DNA from: a phage
Length of the DNA stretch: 64,000 nt
Sequence record: PZ445488.1
Direction: 5' to 3' (one strand)
Notes under the pieces: generated by a model
Told to the model about the DNA's origin: nothing
Databases searched by the model: none
The model's input: the letters and a program-made list of their open reading frames with translations, nothing else
Shown here: positions 31,392 to 42,128 of the stretch, piece by piece
Layout of the letters: each line of letters begins with the position of its first letter
How positions within the stretch are numbered: the first letter of the stretch is position 1
Program-made: the position numbers and the translations under genes

Positions 31392-32006
31392 CTACTTAAT
31401 GAAATTAATTTCTACAGGATGAACAACAGGTTGAGCAGTGATATATTGAGTAATCGCTTTCATGACCAAAGCTTCAGAACCAGGATTTTTCTCAACGAAT
31501 TCACGTGCTCGGTTATGAGCTTCGAGTTCACTCAATAAACCGGAACGCTGGCATCCACGGTCTTGAGTACCCTGTTCAGATAAAAAGACGACGATGTATT
31601 TTTCATCGTCATAAGGTTTAGACGGTTGAGCAAATGTTCCTTTACTTCCGAAAGGAGAGTTATGACGCCACATATCGCCATGAGGAGTTTCAACCTTCGT
31701 ATATTCGTGCGGGCCATTTTTCTTAATTTCTTGATGTGGAACTTCATAGACCTTAGGGTTAGGACATTCAATAAAATGCTCATCTAAATCAGTCGAGAAT
31801 ATTAAAGTAAAACAATTACTGAATTTACCAACACCTGCCTGATAAATTTTACCTTCAGAAGTTCTAATTTCACAAACCGAGCCAGCATCAGTAACTTCTA
31901 AAACTTCAAAAGGCTCGATAAGGTCATATGAGAACATGTTTTTAAGGCGTGGAGTAATATCCCCATTTTTAAAATTCATTTTATAAAAAGTATTAACTTT
32001 AAACAT
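31392..32006 (-). CDS. hypothetical protein
   Basis: 204-aa ORF with phage-like codon usage in the 30.x interval. Confidence 0.55.
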   Translation of the reverse strand: MFKVNTFYKMNFKNGDITPRLKNMFSYDLIEPFEVLEVTDAGSVCEIRTSEGKIYQAGVGKFSNCFTLIFSTDLDEHFIECPNPKVYEVPHQEIKKNGPHEYTKVETPHGDMWRHNSPFGSKGTFAQPSKPYDDEKYIVVFLSEQGTQDRGCQRSGLLSELEAHNRAREFVEKNPGSEALVMKAITQYITAQPVVHPVEINFIK

Positions 32007-32019
32007 AATTTCCTCAATA

Positions 32020-32035
32020 GGGAGCCGAAGCTCCC
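32020..32035 (-). terminator. hairpin GGGAGC-CGAA-GCTCCC
   Basis: perfect 6-bp stem with tetraloop between two minus-strand ORFs; may attenuate rather than terminate. Confidence 0.4.
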
Positions 32036-32042
32036 AATTAAT

Positions 32043-32408
32043 TTAGATATCAAATTCGTTAAGAACTACATCAAAGATTGCTTCGAGATGTTCAGGTTTA
32101 GCTCGGTTACTCAGGATATGACGAATCCAAGTTTTAACCAGAAGTTTACGATTAACACCATTCCAGCAAGGATGAGTACCTAAATCACGCTGACGGAAAT
32201 CATCATCTAATGCAATTTTAAAATTTGAACCTTCCATCGTGATTGAAACCGTGATACCATTTTCAAATCGCATATAAACGTAATTAGGAGTCATGCACTG
32301 TTCGATTTCACAAACTGTACCGTTTTCGTGTTTCCATAAGCAAATAACTTCAGAAGAACCAGCAATACCGTTAGAAACATATTTGCGTTCGAAGTTGATG
32401 TAGTTCAT
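32043..32408 (-). CDS. hypothetical protein
   Basis: 121-aa ORF preceded by an early-type promoter (GTTTAC ... TATTAT) in the 32409-32482 gap. Confidence 0.55.
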   Translation of the reverse strand: MNYINFERKYVSNGIAGSSEVICLWKHENGTVCEIEQCMTPNYVYMRFENGITVSITMEGSNFKIALDDDFRQRDLGTHPCWNGVNRKLLVKTWIRHILSNRAKPEHLEAIFDVVLNEFDI

Positions 32409-32482
32409 TTTATTCTCCAGATGTTTAAGTTGTTTATTGGTACAGGTCTATAATAACATAACCTGTACCAAAGTAAACTGTT

Positions 32483-32851
32483 TTATGCAACTTTAATCCA
32501 ATTGTCTAAATTTAAAACACCTTTGGCTTTCATTTTTTCGATCAGGTTATCTGCTGTAATGCGTCCATTTTGATACCATGTAACATCTTCAGAGTAACCA
32601 GTTTCTTCGTCAACATATGTTTCTGAACGAATTTTACCGGTAATAATAGTTTTTAATTCGTATGTGTCACCTGTGAAAAAGTTTGCTAACACAATTTTCC
32701 AAGAGAAATCATCAGAAGGACCTTCAGGGGTCATACAACCTACGAACTCAAATTGCTCTTTGTATAACATCCACTGGAATTCTTTAATTTCGATAGCTTT
32801 ATAACCATCGTGGTCTTTACATTTGATGTATGAGTTCAGATTGATTTTCAT
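32483..32851 (-). CDS. hypothetical protein (T4 30.9 position)
   Basis: 122-aa ORF preceded by an early-type promoter (GTTTAC - 17 nt - TACTAT) at about 32880-32920. Confidence 0.55.
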   Translation of the reverse strand: MKINLNSYIKCKDHDGYKAIEIKEFQWMLYKEQFEFVGCMTPEGPSDDFSWKIVLANFFTGDTYELKTIITGKIRSETYVDEETGYSEDVTWYQNGRITADNLIEKMKAKGVLNLDNWIKVA

Positions 32852-32959
32852 TTTGTTCTCCGGTTTGTTTTATTGATTAGGTGGTACAAGTCTATAGTAA
32901 CACATCCTACAGGAGAGTAAACATCTTTTTAAACTTTTTCTGCCCTAAACGCACAAAAG

Positions 32960-32977
32960 GGAGACCGAAGTCTCCCT
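32960..32977 (-). terminator. intrinsic terminator hairpin GGGAGAC-TTCG-GTCTCCC (minus-strand sense) followed by T-run
   Basis: same 7-bp stem family as the gene 23 terminator; followed on the minus strand by CTTTTGTGCG. Confidence 0.6.
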
Positions 32978-32981
32978 AAAA

Positions 32982-33161
32982 TTACGCAACAACCTTTCCA
33001 AAACGAGAAGCATCATCTCGAAGAACTGCACGTGCTCTGCGCATGATCTTCTCAACTGTTTGATTAATACGAGAGTTCGACCCACGCTTGTATCCAGCGC
33101 GTTTAGAGGTACCATCAACTTTCTTTTCAACTGCTTTCTTTGCTTTAGCTTGTTTTGCCAT
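32982..33161 (-). CDS. small basic protein (hypothetical)
   Basis: 59-aa Lys/Arg-rich ORF (MAKQAKAKKAVEKK...RDDASRFGKVVA) in the frame overlapping track ORF 32945..33130; it stops just before the terminator hairpin, whereas the track frame reads through it; coordinates +/-2 nt. Confidence 0.4.
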   Translation of the reverse strand: MAKQAKAKKAVEKKVDGTSKRAGYKRGSNSRINQTVEKIMRRARAVLRDDASRFGKVVA

Positions 33162-33424
33162 TATAAATTCTCTTTAAATGAAAATGCAGGACTTATTGAC
33201 ATTGCCTGCGCAAGCCCTCAAGGGGAACATAGGTTTTGGATATTTAACGACAGGATAACCATAAACCCGTCATCATACCAACCACGACTTAGACAGATAA
33301 CCTTTTTCTGACGCGTGATAGTACAAAATACATTCAAGAGGTACACCGTAAAACTGCCGGGGTCTTAAAACTATAATGATTCGCAAATCATTAATCAGAC
33401 AGTTCGACGGCTCCTCGATTTAAC

Positions 33425-33673
33425 TTACTTCAGGGTAATAATAAAATGACGTACTGCTTTACGAGCTGCTGAAGCCAAAGGCTTAGCATATTTCAGTTCA
33501 TCTTTTGCTTCCAGTTCAGTAGCCAGTGCGGCCTGTGCTGGGTTCAGATGTTTGAAATAACGCAGGATTTCAAGAGCTTCGGCTTCAACATCAATAGATG
33601 CGCCATAGTTTTCGTGACCGTTATTCCATGCGTTGCGTTGCAGTTCAAGAGCGTGTTGTAATTGTTTAATCAT
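33425..33673 (-). CDS. rIII: RIII lysis-inhibition accessory protein (cytoplasmic antiholin)
   Basis: 82-aa helical ORF immediately downstream of gene 31, which is where rIII lies in T4; same length as T4 RIII (82 aa). Confidence 0.65.
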   Translation of the reverse strand: MIKQLQHALELQRNAWNNGHENYGASIDVEAEALEILRYFKHLNPAQAALATELEAKDELKYAKPLASAARKAVRHFIITLK

Positions 33674-33797
33674 TTTAAATTCTCAATTCGAGATAATATT
33701 TAGTAGCCACGTTCTTCTGAATTTCACCTTCTTTCGACAAGTCTCTCAGTTGTAGGCTACCGCTTAGAAGAGTGTTCTCTTCATATAGTTATTTATA

Positions 33798-34130
33798 TCA
33801 CTTATAAAGACACGGAATAGCTTTATAGTGGCATGTTACGAATTTCTGTTTAATTTCTTTAGGTTGTTTAAGACCCAAAGCCACAAATGGGTGTGGAACA
33901 TTTCGAATTTGTCCAACTGGTAGTGGAGTCAAATCACCGACTTCAACAAAACCTTCAGGAACATCAGGACCTACAGAATGAACTACACATAGTTCAGGAA
34001 CTTCACCTTGAACACGTTTACCAATCACAAGTCCTGATTCTGTAACTTCTTCATCACCTGCTTGAGCGGGTTCAGAAACCAAAATGACATATTCACCAAC
34101 AGCACGAATTGGGAGTTGTACTTCAGACAT
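33798..34130 (-). CDS. 31: co-chaperonin gp31 (GroES analogue)
   Basis: 110-aa ORF; matches T4 gp31 (111 aa) as recalled. Confidence 0.93.
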   Translation of the reverse strand: MSEVQLPIRAVGEYVILVSEPAQAGDEEVTESGLVIGKRVQGEVPELCVVHSVGPDVPEGFVEVGDLTPLPVGQIRNVPHPFVALGLKQPKEIKQKFVTCHYKAIPCLYK

Positions 34131-34160
34131 CTTATTTCCTTGTTGTTTGACGATAGATTA

Positions 34161-34185
34161 ATAATACCATACTATTCGTAAAGCA
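34161..34185 (-). promoter_or_regulatory. T4 middle-type promoter upstream of gene 31 (MotA box + -10)
   Basis: minus strand reads aTGCTTTA - 12 nt - TATTAT in the 57-nt gap upstream of gene 31. Confidence 0.5.
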
Positions 34186-34187
34186 TA

Positions 34188-34496
34188 TTACATAAGAAGC
34201 AAACGTTCGACCGGAGTACCATCAACCGAAATTACTTTATCAAGACGGAAAGAACGCCACTGGCCTAACTTGGTATCAAATGCTCGAACTGATTCACGAG
34301 GTTCATAACGAACTTCTGTTGCCGGATTGTTATTTTCATATTTGACTTCAAGTTCATCGCGCGAAGCAAACATAGTGCGTACATCACCGTTAGCCTTTTC
34401 AAATACAACACAATGAACGCCTACAGACAGAATAGTTTTAATACGTTCACGAAGAACCATAGTTTCTTGTTCAGTTAAAATCATATTATTCACCAC
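34188..34496 (-). CDS. hypothetical protein (between cd and gene 31)
   Basis: 102-aa ORF overlapping the cd 3' end by about 10 nt. Confidence 0.5.
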   Translation of the reverse strand: MVNNMILTEQETMVLRERIKTILSVGVHCVVFEKANGDVRTMFASRDELEVKYENNNPATEVRYEPRESVRAFDTKLGQWRSFRLDKVISVDGTPVERLLLM

Positions 34497-35067
34497 AAAA
34501 GTTTCGGATTTGTTCCCAATTCAGAGAACGAAGATTATTACGAGAGTACTGAATTACTTCAATACCAGCTTGTTTTAGAATATCTGCCCAATTTTCAGGA
34601 GATCGGTCGTATAATTCTGCGTATACGACCTTTTTAATACCTGACTGCGTAATAGCTTTAGTACAATCAGGACATGGAGAAAGCGTCGTATATAACGTAG
34701 CACCTTCAATAGAATTACCTTTACGAGCGGCAAACAAAATTGCATTCAATTCTGCATGGATTTCATTATTAGCAGACCATGCACTATGAGCAGCTCGATG
34801 TTCTTTGGCTAAAACAAAATTATCTACCCGTCCAAATGCTGTAGTGCCTTCTTTATGTCCAGCAACGATGACTGGGATTGGTTTATTCTTCAACCAACCA
34901 TTTTCAGATGCATGTTCGCAACAGTTAACGCCACCTGCAGGTGAACCGTTATATCCAGTAGAGATAATGCGTCCATCTTTTTCAATGACGGCACCAACTT
35001 TCCATGAACAACATTTTGATTCTTGAGAAATCAGATATGCAATCTGAAGGTATGTGCTAGCTTTCAT
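34486..35067 (-). CDS. cd: dCMP deaminase (Cd)
   Basis: 193-aa ORF; matches T4 Cd (193 aa) as recalled; zinc-binding motifs HAE and PCxxC present. Confidence 0.94.
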   Translation of the reverse strand: MKASTYLQIAYLISQESKCCSWKVGAVIEKDGRIISTGYNGSPAGGVNCCEHASENGWLKNKPIPVIVAGHKEGTTAFGRVDNFVLAKEHRAAHSAWSANNEIHAELNAILFAARKGNSIEGATLYTTLSPCPDCTKAITQSGIKKVVYAELYDRSPENWADILKQAGIEVIQYSRNNLRSLNWEQIRNFCGE

Positions 35068-36059
35068 TATTGAACCTTATTAATATAAGTTAACAGCTCT
35101 TTAGTTTGTTCCCAACTGATGCACGCATCGGTAACGGAAACGCCATAGGACATATTATCAGAAATTTTTTGATTTCCTTCATGTAGGAACGATTCTATCA
35201 TAATTCCTTTGACCAAATCATTAGCTGCTAAATTTTTACCAATACCAATTTGATTGCTATAATGCCCATCAGCGTTTGCATGGCTACAGTCAACCATTAC
35301 ATAATGATTCAGACCTACTGCCCTTGCTTTGTTAGAAGCTTCTTGAATATCAGAAGAATGATAGTTCGGGCCGTTGGTCCCGCCACGCAATACGATATGC
35401 GTATTCTGATTACCTTCAGCTTCAACAATGCCTACAGTACCATCGACGTCCATACCCATATACCGATGAGGCCAGGCGGCACTATACATCGCGTCTGTAG
35501 CTACTTTAATAGAACCATTGGTTGCGTTCTTAAAGCCTACGCACATCGGTAGACCTGAAGCAATTTCACGATGTGTCTGACTTTCAGTCGTACGGGCGCC
35601 AATAGCAACCCATGAGAAAATACCAGAAAGATACTTAATCGTGAATGGGTCTAATACTTCAGTTGCTAATGGAAGTCCCATACGTAGAAGTTTACGACAC
35701 AATGTTCGTGCAACTATAAGACCGTGGTTCATATCAAAACTTCCGTCAAGATATGGATCATTTACAAGACCTTTCCAACCTACGGTAGTTCGAGGCTTTT
35801 CAAAATAAACGCGCATCACTAACAGAACATTAGGAAGACGAGTTTGAAGTTCAGCCAGACGTTTGCCGTATTCAACAGCAGCAATAGGGTCATGAATTGA
35901 ACAAGGACCTACAACAATAAGTTTGCGTGGGTCTTCACCGTTCATAATCGAATTAACTTGTTCGCGATGAGAAGCCACTTGTGATGCGTAAGCTTCCGAC
36001 AAAGGAATAATCTCAGCCAGTTCTTTTGGAGAAATAAGTTTTCCGACGACAGGTAACAT
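35067..36059 (-). CDS. 3-deoxy-D-arabino-heptulosonate 7-phosphate (DAHP) synthase, class I (AroG/AroF-like)
   Basis: 330-aa ORF with the class I-alpha DAHP synthase signature blocks LIVVGPCSIHD, VMRVYFEKPRTTVGWKGL, GARTTESQ, GFKN, VLRGG, DCSHANA, IESFLHEGNQ and TDACISW; AT-rich phage-like codon usage; ATGA overlap with cd. Confidence 0.85.
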   Translation of the reverse strand: MLPVVGKLISPKELAEIIPLSEAYASQVASHREQVNSIMNGEDPRKLIVVGPCSIHDPIAAVEYGKRLAELQTRLPNVLLVMRVYFEKPRTTVGWKGLVNDPYLDGSFDMNHGLIVARTLCRKLLRMGLPLATEVLDPFTIKYLSGIFSWVAIGARTTESQTHREIASGLPMCVGFKNATNGSIKVATDAMYSAAWPHRYMGMDVDGTVGIVEAEGNQNTHIVLRGGTNGPNYHSSDIQEASNKARAVGLNHYVMVDCSHANADGHYSNQIGIGKNLAANDLVKGIMIESFLHEGNQKISDNMSYGVSVTDACISWEQTKELLTYINKVQ

Positions 36060-36179
36060 AACAATCCTTAGGAGATATAAACAGATTCTGATTCAACAAT
36101 ACCTTTAACCGGATTAGACAGGCTAAGTTGGTAGTGCTCAGATTTATGACCATTCTCGATAGTAATGAGATAGCTCTCA

Positions 36180-36416
36180 TTATAGTGTTCCATATACTCG
36201 AGTTGCTTCAACAAGACCATCACTGCCTAATTTAAGATTAGTAATTTGGTCACCATCTTTAGGATTAACGATTATGAGAAAAGAACGTGGAGATTCTTGA
36301 ATAACTCGTAATGTTGCATCCTGGAAACGTTCAGACACTTTATTGATGAGTGCTTGAGCAAATTCTTTTACTTTAATCTGAAATTCGTGTACTGTAATTG
36401 GGTTTTCACTTAGCAT
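36180..36416 (-). CDS. hypothetical protein (cd-pseT interval)
   Basis: 78-aa ORF preceded by an early-type promoter (GTTTAC - 18 nt - TACTAT) at about 36430-36465. Confidence 0.45.
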   Translation of the reverse strand: MLSENPITVHEFQIKVKEFAQALINKVSERFQDATLRVIQESPRSFLIIVNPKDGDQITNLKLGSDGLVEATRVYGTL

Positions 36417-36476
36417 TTCTATTTCCTCATTTGTTGGTAGAGTTATAGTATCACAACTCCACCATGTTGTAAACCA

Positions 36477-36752
36477 TTAAATTGCTTTGCATTCAATTTT
36501 TTGTGTACCGAAATTGATATCACATTGGATAACTAAATCACCGTCAAGATCAAATACCACTATGACGTGTGCAGACCCAGGGAGAAGAGTAATAGCAATA
36601 GAATCTACTTGGTCTGGGAGCAAAGCATTGAGTACATGAGTTAGTTGAGCATGAACTCTGAGTTCGGCTGCATTATCAAGCACTTCAAACATATTATTAG
36701 CAATAATCTGACTGAAGACTACCTTTACAATTTCAGAATAAGTTGGGAACAT
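36477..36752 (-). CDS. hypothetical protein (cd-pseT interval)
   Basis: 91-aa ORF, compact packing. Confidence 0.45.
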   Translation of the reverse strand: MFPTYSEIVKVVFSQIIANNMFEVLDNAAELRVHAQLTHVLNALLPDQVDSIAITLLPGSAHVIVVFDLDGDLVIQCDINFGTQKIECKAI

Positions 36753-36759
36753 AATTACC

Positions 36760-36984
36760 TCAGTGTACAGTATTTACTTTAACTCGAACAACAAATCGCT
36801 CGGTCGGTTCACCTACAGGAACGAACTCTACATGATATTCGCCTTTGTAACGAGTATTCAGATCATTACGAATTCCTGCGAGTTTGTTTATTAATGTAGG
36901 ACTCATATTAAGTCCCACTAGTTTACGAAGCATTTTGTATGCTTCATCTTCGATTTCATGATGTTTATCGTACATAGTTTTCAT
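36760..36984 (-). CDS. hypothetical protein (cd-pseT interval)
   Basis: 74-aa ORF. Confidence 0.45.
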   Translation of the reverse strand: MKTMYDKHHEIEDEAYKMLRKLVGLNMSPTLINKLAGIRNDLNTRYKGEYHVEFVPVGEPTERFVVRVKVNTVH

Positions 36985-37155
36985 TTAACCATTCAATTGC
37001 CTGGTCGACGTTATCAAATATACCACCGTCCAAACGTTCTTCATGCTCATAGTCCAGCACATCAATACCGAACTGTCCATTTACTAAAGGCCAGGCAACA
37101 AACAAATATTCTTTATGCCGTTCAATGGCCTCAATCACTTCATATAATCGTTTCA

Positions 37156-37156
<1 letters not shown>
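36965..37156 (-). CDS. hypothetical protein (cd-pseT interval)
   Basis: 63-aa ORF whose start abuts the pseT stop. Confidence 0.4.
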
Positions 37157-38242
<1,086 letters not shown>

Positions 38243-38243
<1 letters not shown>

Positions 38244-38542
38244 TATTTTATTCCTAAGAAAGTTTCAAGAATACGAATGTTATGCTCGCGCCGGTCTTTA
38301 TTAATTTCAGCAACGTTTTTATTAATTGATGTACTTCTAACGTTTGAAGAAATAAATTTAATAATATGACTTTTGAGTTGTTGCAAATCCAACCCTTTTT
38401 CTTTAGCCGCTTTACGAAGAGCTTTACCTGCTTCATCTAGTGCCTTTGCTGCATCTTCGTCACAATTGTCAAGTGACATTCCACGACAGATATCAATATA
38501 CTCATCCGACCGTTTGATGTAATTCTCTAGTAATGTTTTCAT
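38243..38542 (-). CDS. hypothetical protein
   Basis: 99-aa ORF preceded by an early promoter (GTTTAC - 18 nt - TATAAT) at about 38556-38590. Confidence 0.45.
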
Positions 38543-38599
38543 TTAGATTTCCTCAATTATCCATAGGAGCATTATACTCTGCTCCCAAGAGTTTGTAAA

Positions 38600-38824
38600 C
38601 TATTTTACTAAAGATTCAATATACTCATGAAGAGCTTTAGTCGCTACTGCCCACTTGTTCTGATATTCATTTTTCAAATTAGCACGAGACTGAACTAACA
38701 AGCGGTCATTAGTCGGAGGCAAAGATTCTAATCGTTGAATCTGGCGTCCATAAATCATAGCCGCCATTTCAGAATCATAAATAAGCCCTTTAAGGTACTC
38801 GTGTTGTTCTTTAGTCATTGACAT
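38600..38824 (-). CDS. hypothetical protein
   Basis: 74-aa ORF. Confidence 0.45.
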   Translation of the reverse strand: MSMTKEQHEYLKGLIYDSEMAAMIYGRQIQRLESLPPTNDRLLVQSRANLKNEYQNKWAVATKALHEYIESLVK

Positions 38825-39105
38825 TTTTCCTCTTTTAAACCACTACGATAATAACATAACATAGTCTTCTGGTCATGTACATATCTTTTTACGTCGTTTA
38901 ACCAGATACGAAATTCTTGAGAGTCTTCAAATGGCATTCCAACCCATGGATTACCATCAATAACCTTTACTTGCCATTTCTGGTTATATTCAACAATAGA
39001 TTCAGGCCATGGCGGATGTAAAGTTTCTTTAGGGCTTAAGGGCACATCCTGGGCACATCCAGCCAAAATACCAATAGATAATACAACTGCGGCTAATTTA
39101 ATCAT
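38815..39105 (-). CDS. outer-membrane spanin lipoprotein (o-spanin, T4 pseT.2-like)
   Basis: 96-aa ORF with signal peptide and lipobox ILAGC, Cys near the C-terminus; directly downstream of the i-spanin-like ORF with a 4-nt overlap. Confidence 0.65.
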   Translation of the reverse strand: MIKLAAVVLSIGILAGCAQDVPLSPKETLHPPWPESIVEYNQKWQVKVIDGNPWVGMPFEDSQEFRIWLNDVKRYVHDQKTMLCYYRSGLKEEKCQ

Positions 39106-39458
39106 TCTGAGAGCTTCCTGAGGTCTTCTGCAAAGGAATCAAAGGACCTGTTGATTTGTTTTTCGACCAATCCTGGCTTACTTGCCACCACGTTCTTCTT
39201 CTTCGAATCCTGACGGAGCTTTTCATTTTCGGCCTTAAGTTGGTCAACTAAAACACGATTCTTATATGTCATTTCTTCTATAGACTGATACTGAACCTTG
39301 AAGTCATCTAACGCTTTAGCGTTGTTATTAGCAGTCTCTTTTACTGTAGCCAATTCGGTATTCAGCGAATCGACTTTATGGTTCAGAAATGCTATTGTTA
39401 CAGTAGCAACAACCGCAAAAGCTGCCACTACAATATATGATGCATTTACTTTAAGCAT
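39102..39458 (-). CDS. inner-membrane spanin (i-spanin, T4 pseT.3-like)
   Basis: 118-aa ORF with N-terminal transmembrane helix (VVAAFAVVATVTIAFL) followed by coiled-coil-like sequence; adjacent to alc as in T4. Confidence 0.6.
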   Translation of the reverse strand: MLKVNASYIVVAAFAVVATVTIAFLNHKVDSLNTELATVKETANNNAKALDDFKVQYQSIEEMTYKNRVLVDQLKAENEKLRQDSKKKNVVASKPGLVEKQINRSFDSFAEDLRKLSE

Positions 39459-39946
39459 GTTTGAATAATCTCAATGATTTCGTCTCGGGATAATCCATTG
39501 ATAAGAACTGTTTTAGGCCCATCAGTTTGGATTTTGTAGGTCTCAAACATTACACACAGCTCTTCTGCTGTATGATATGGACTTGAAATTCCGAGGCGGT
39601 TGAATTTGTCGGTAAGAGGGTCGCAAATAATGTAGAATTTTATACCTGCGATATGTACGTTGGGTTGACTAATATTAATGAACACATTAGCGTCATATTT
39701 AGTCAAATTGTTTTGAAGAAATTCTACCATAGCATTAACTGCTTCTGGCATCGCTTCGCGTTTCTCTTCAGCGTATCGGGTTGAATACTCTTTTTGTTTT
39801 ACTTTCTTTTTAAGATTTTTGGCCAGTGTAACACGAAGGTCAGTAAGATAACCAACTGGACGTCCTTTCTTAAAGACTCGGATTCCGTCAGTTGTGTCTC
39901 CAAAAGCGGTTACGACCATATCATTAGTGATCAATTGCATATTCAT
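39446..39946 (-). CDS. alc: Alc (inhibitor of host transcription on cytosine-containing DNA)
   Basis: 166-aa product from the internal ATG (MNMQLITN...) preceded by SD AGGAG; matches T4 Alc (167 aa) as recalled; the longer track ORF start is rejected. Confidence 0.8.
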   Translation of the reverse strand: MNMQLITNDMVVTAFGDTTDGIRVFKKGRPVGYLTDLRVTLAKNLKKKVKQKEYSTRYAEEKREAMPEAVNAMVEFLQNNLTKYDANVFINISQPNVHIAGIKFYIICDPLTDKFNRLGISSPYHTAEELCVMFETYKIQTDGPKTVLINGLSRDEIIEIIQTCLK

Positions 39947-39961
39947 AATTTTCTCCTCGTG

Positions 39962-39995
39962 TTGTTGATAAAAGCCATAGTAACACCTTCCTTGG
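39962..39995 (-). promoter_or_regulatory. T4 early-type promoter upstream of alc
   Basis: minus strand reads GTTTAC - 18 nt - TACTAT then the conserved caacaacacGAGGAGAA leader. Confidence 0.5.
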
Positions 39996-40008
39996 TGTTT
40001 GTAAACCA

Positions 40009-41175
<1,167 letters not shown>

Positions 41176-41188
41176 TGTGGTATGTAAA

Positions 41189-41599
41189 CTACTTTTTCTT
41201 ATGTTGGATATTCCAAGGCGGGTTGAACTTTTTGATAAAAAGTGGTTCTTCAAGGTCCATTGTTGCGATGGTCATTGAACCAAGTTCGTTGGTGACTGAA
41301 AGGTCAAAACATTGGCGGGCCCAGAATTCAACCTTTTTGCCTTGCATTAAGGCATCCAAAATCATAAGTGATTTTCTTGAATCTGAAGTCTGGTCTTTTC
41401 GATTTATGGCTGTTCGATAATAGTTAATGCGTTTCTTTAAATTCTTGGTTTTACCAATATACACAAGTTCGTCATCTATAGCAATAGCGTATATGACATT
41501 TTTCTTATTAGGGGCATCAATGGTTTTAATTGTTGCATCTTCTAATAGCTCCAATTCTATATATTTAATAAAGGAATATTCGGCGGCAATATCTTTCAT
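41189..41599 (-). CDS. denA: endonuclease II (DenA)
   Basis: 136-aa ORF; matches T4 EndoII (136 aa) as recalled; GIY-YIG-like core VYIGKT...RINYYR. Confidence 0.9.
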   Translation of the reverse strand: MKDIAAEYSFIKYIELELLEDATIKTIDAPNKKNVIYAIAIDDELVYIGKTKNLKKRINYYRTAINRKDQTSDSRKSLMILDALMQGKKVEFWARQCFDLSVTNELGSMTIATMDLEEPLFIKKFNPPWNIQHKKK

Positions 41600-41607
41600 A
41601 ATAAAGT

Positions 41608-41621
41608 GGGACCGAAGTCCC
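41608..41621 (-). terminator. hairpin GGGAC-CGAA-GTCCC downstream of nrdB
   Basis: GC stem with tetraloop between the nrdB stop and denA start. Confidence 0.4.
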
Positions 41622-41625
41622 GTCC

Positions 41626-42128
41626 TTAGAAATATTTTTTGTATGAATTGATTACATTTTGGTCTACATCATTATCAATTTGTGCGACAAGATAAGAACT
41701 GATTTCAACTTCCTGAGGAGCTGCTTGAACTAAATCAGAGTTCAGATATTCACGAATCCAAGGATACGGATGCTTGGTCGGAGCATCAGTGATTGGGCAT
41801 GGCAAACCACACTGTTTCATACGAGACACGGTCAAGTAATCAACAAAAGCACACATACTCTGCGTATTGATACCTGGACATGTACCATCTTTAAAGAGGT
41901 GTGCAGCCCATTCCTTCTCTTGACTATTTACTTCCATAAAAATGTCAACTGCTTCTTGTTCACATTCTTTAGCAATTTGAACCCACTCATCACCGTCAGT
42001 ACCAGATTGAAGTTGACGGATAATGTACTGAGTACCCTTGAGATGGAGTTGTTCGTCACGAGCAATGAACTTCATAATCTTTGCATTGCCTTCCATGATT
42101 TCCATGTTCTTATGGAAGTTAAAGGTAC
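41626..42128 (-). CDS. nrdB: ribonucleotide reductase small subunit NrdB, exon 2 (C-terminal part)
   Basis: encodes ...CTFNFHKNMEIMEGNAKI... to the C-terminus (...QEVEISSYLVAQIDND...), continuing the exon 1 reading frame across a group I intron; 5' boundary inferred (intron ends in G before GTACC), +/-2 nt. Confidence 0.85.

Noticed and set aside
32945-33130. 61-aa minus-strand track ORF
   Set aside because: Non-ATG start, and its C-terminus is encoded by a terminator hairpin; the overlapping ATG-initiated 59-aa frame that stops before the hairpin is preferred.
35067-36059. Possibility that the DAHP synthase gene is host DNA contamination or an assembly chimera
   Set aside because: Codon usage is AT-rich like neighbouring phage genes, the stop/start is translationally coupled to cd, and both flanks are syntenic T4-like genes on the same strand.
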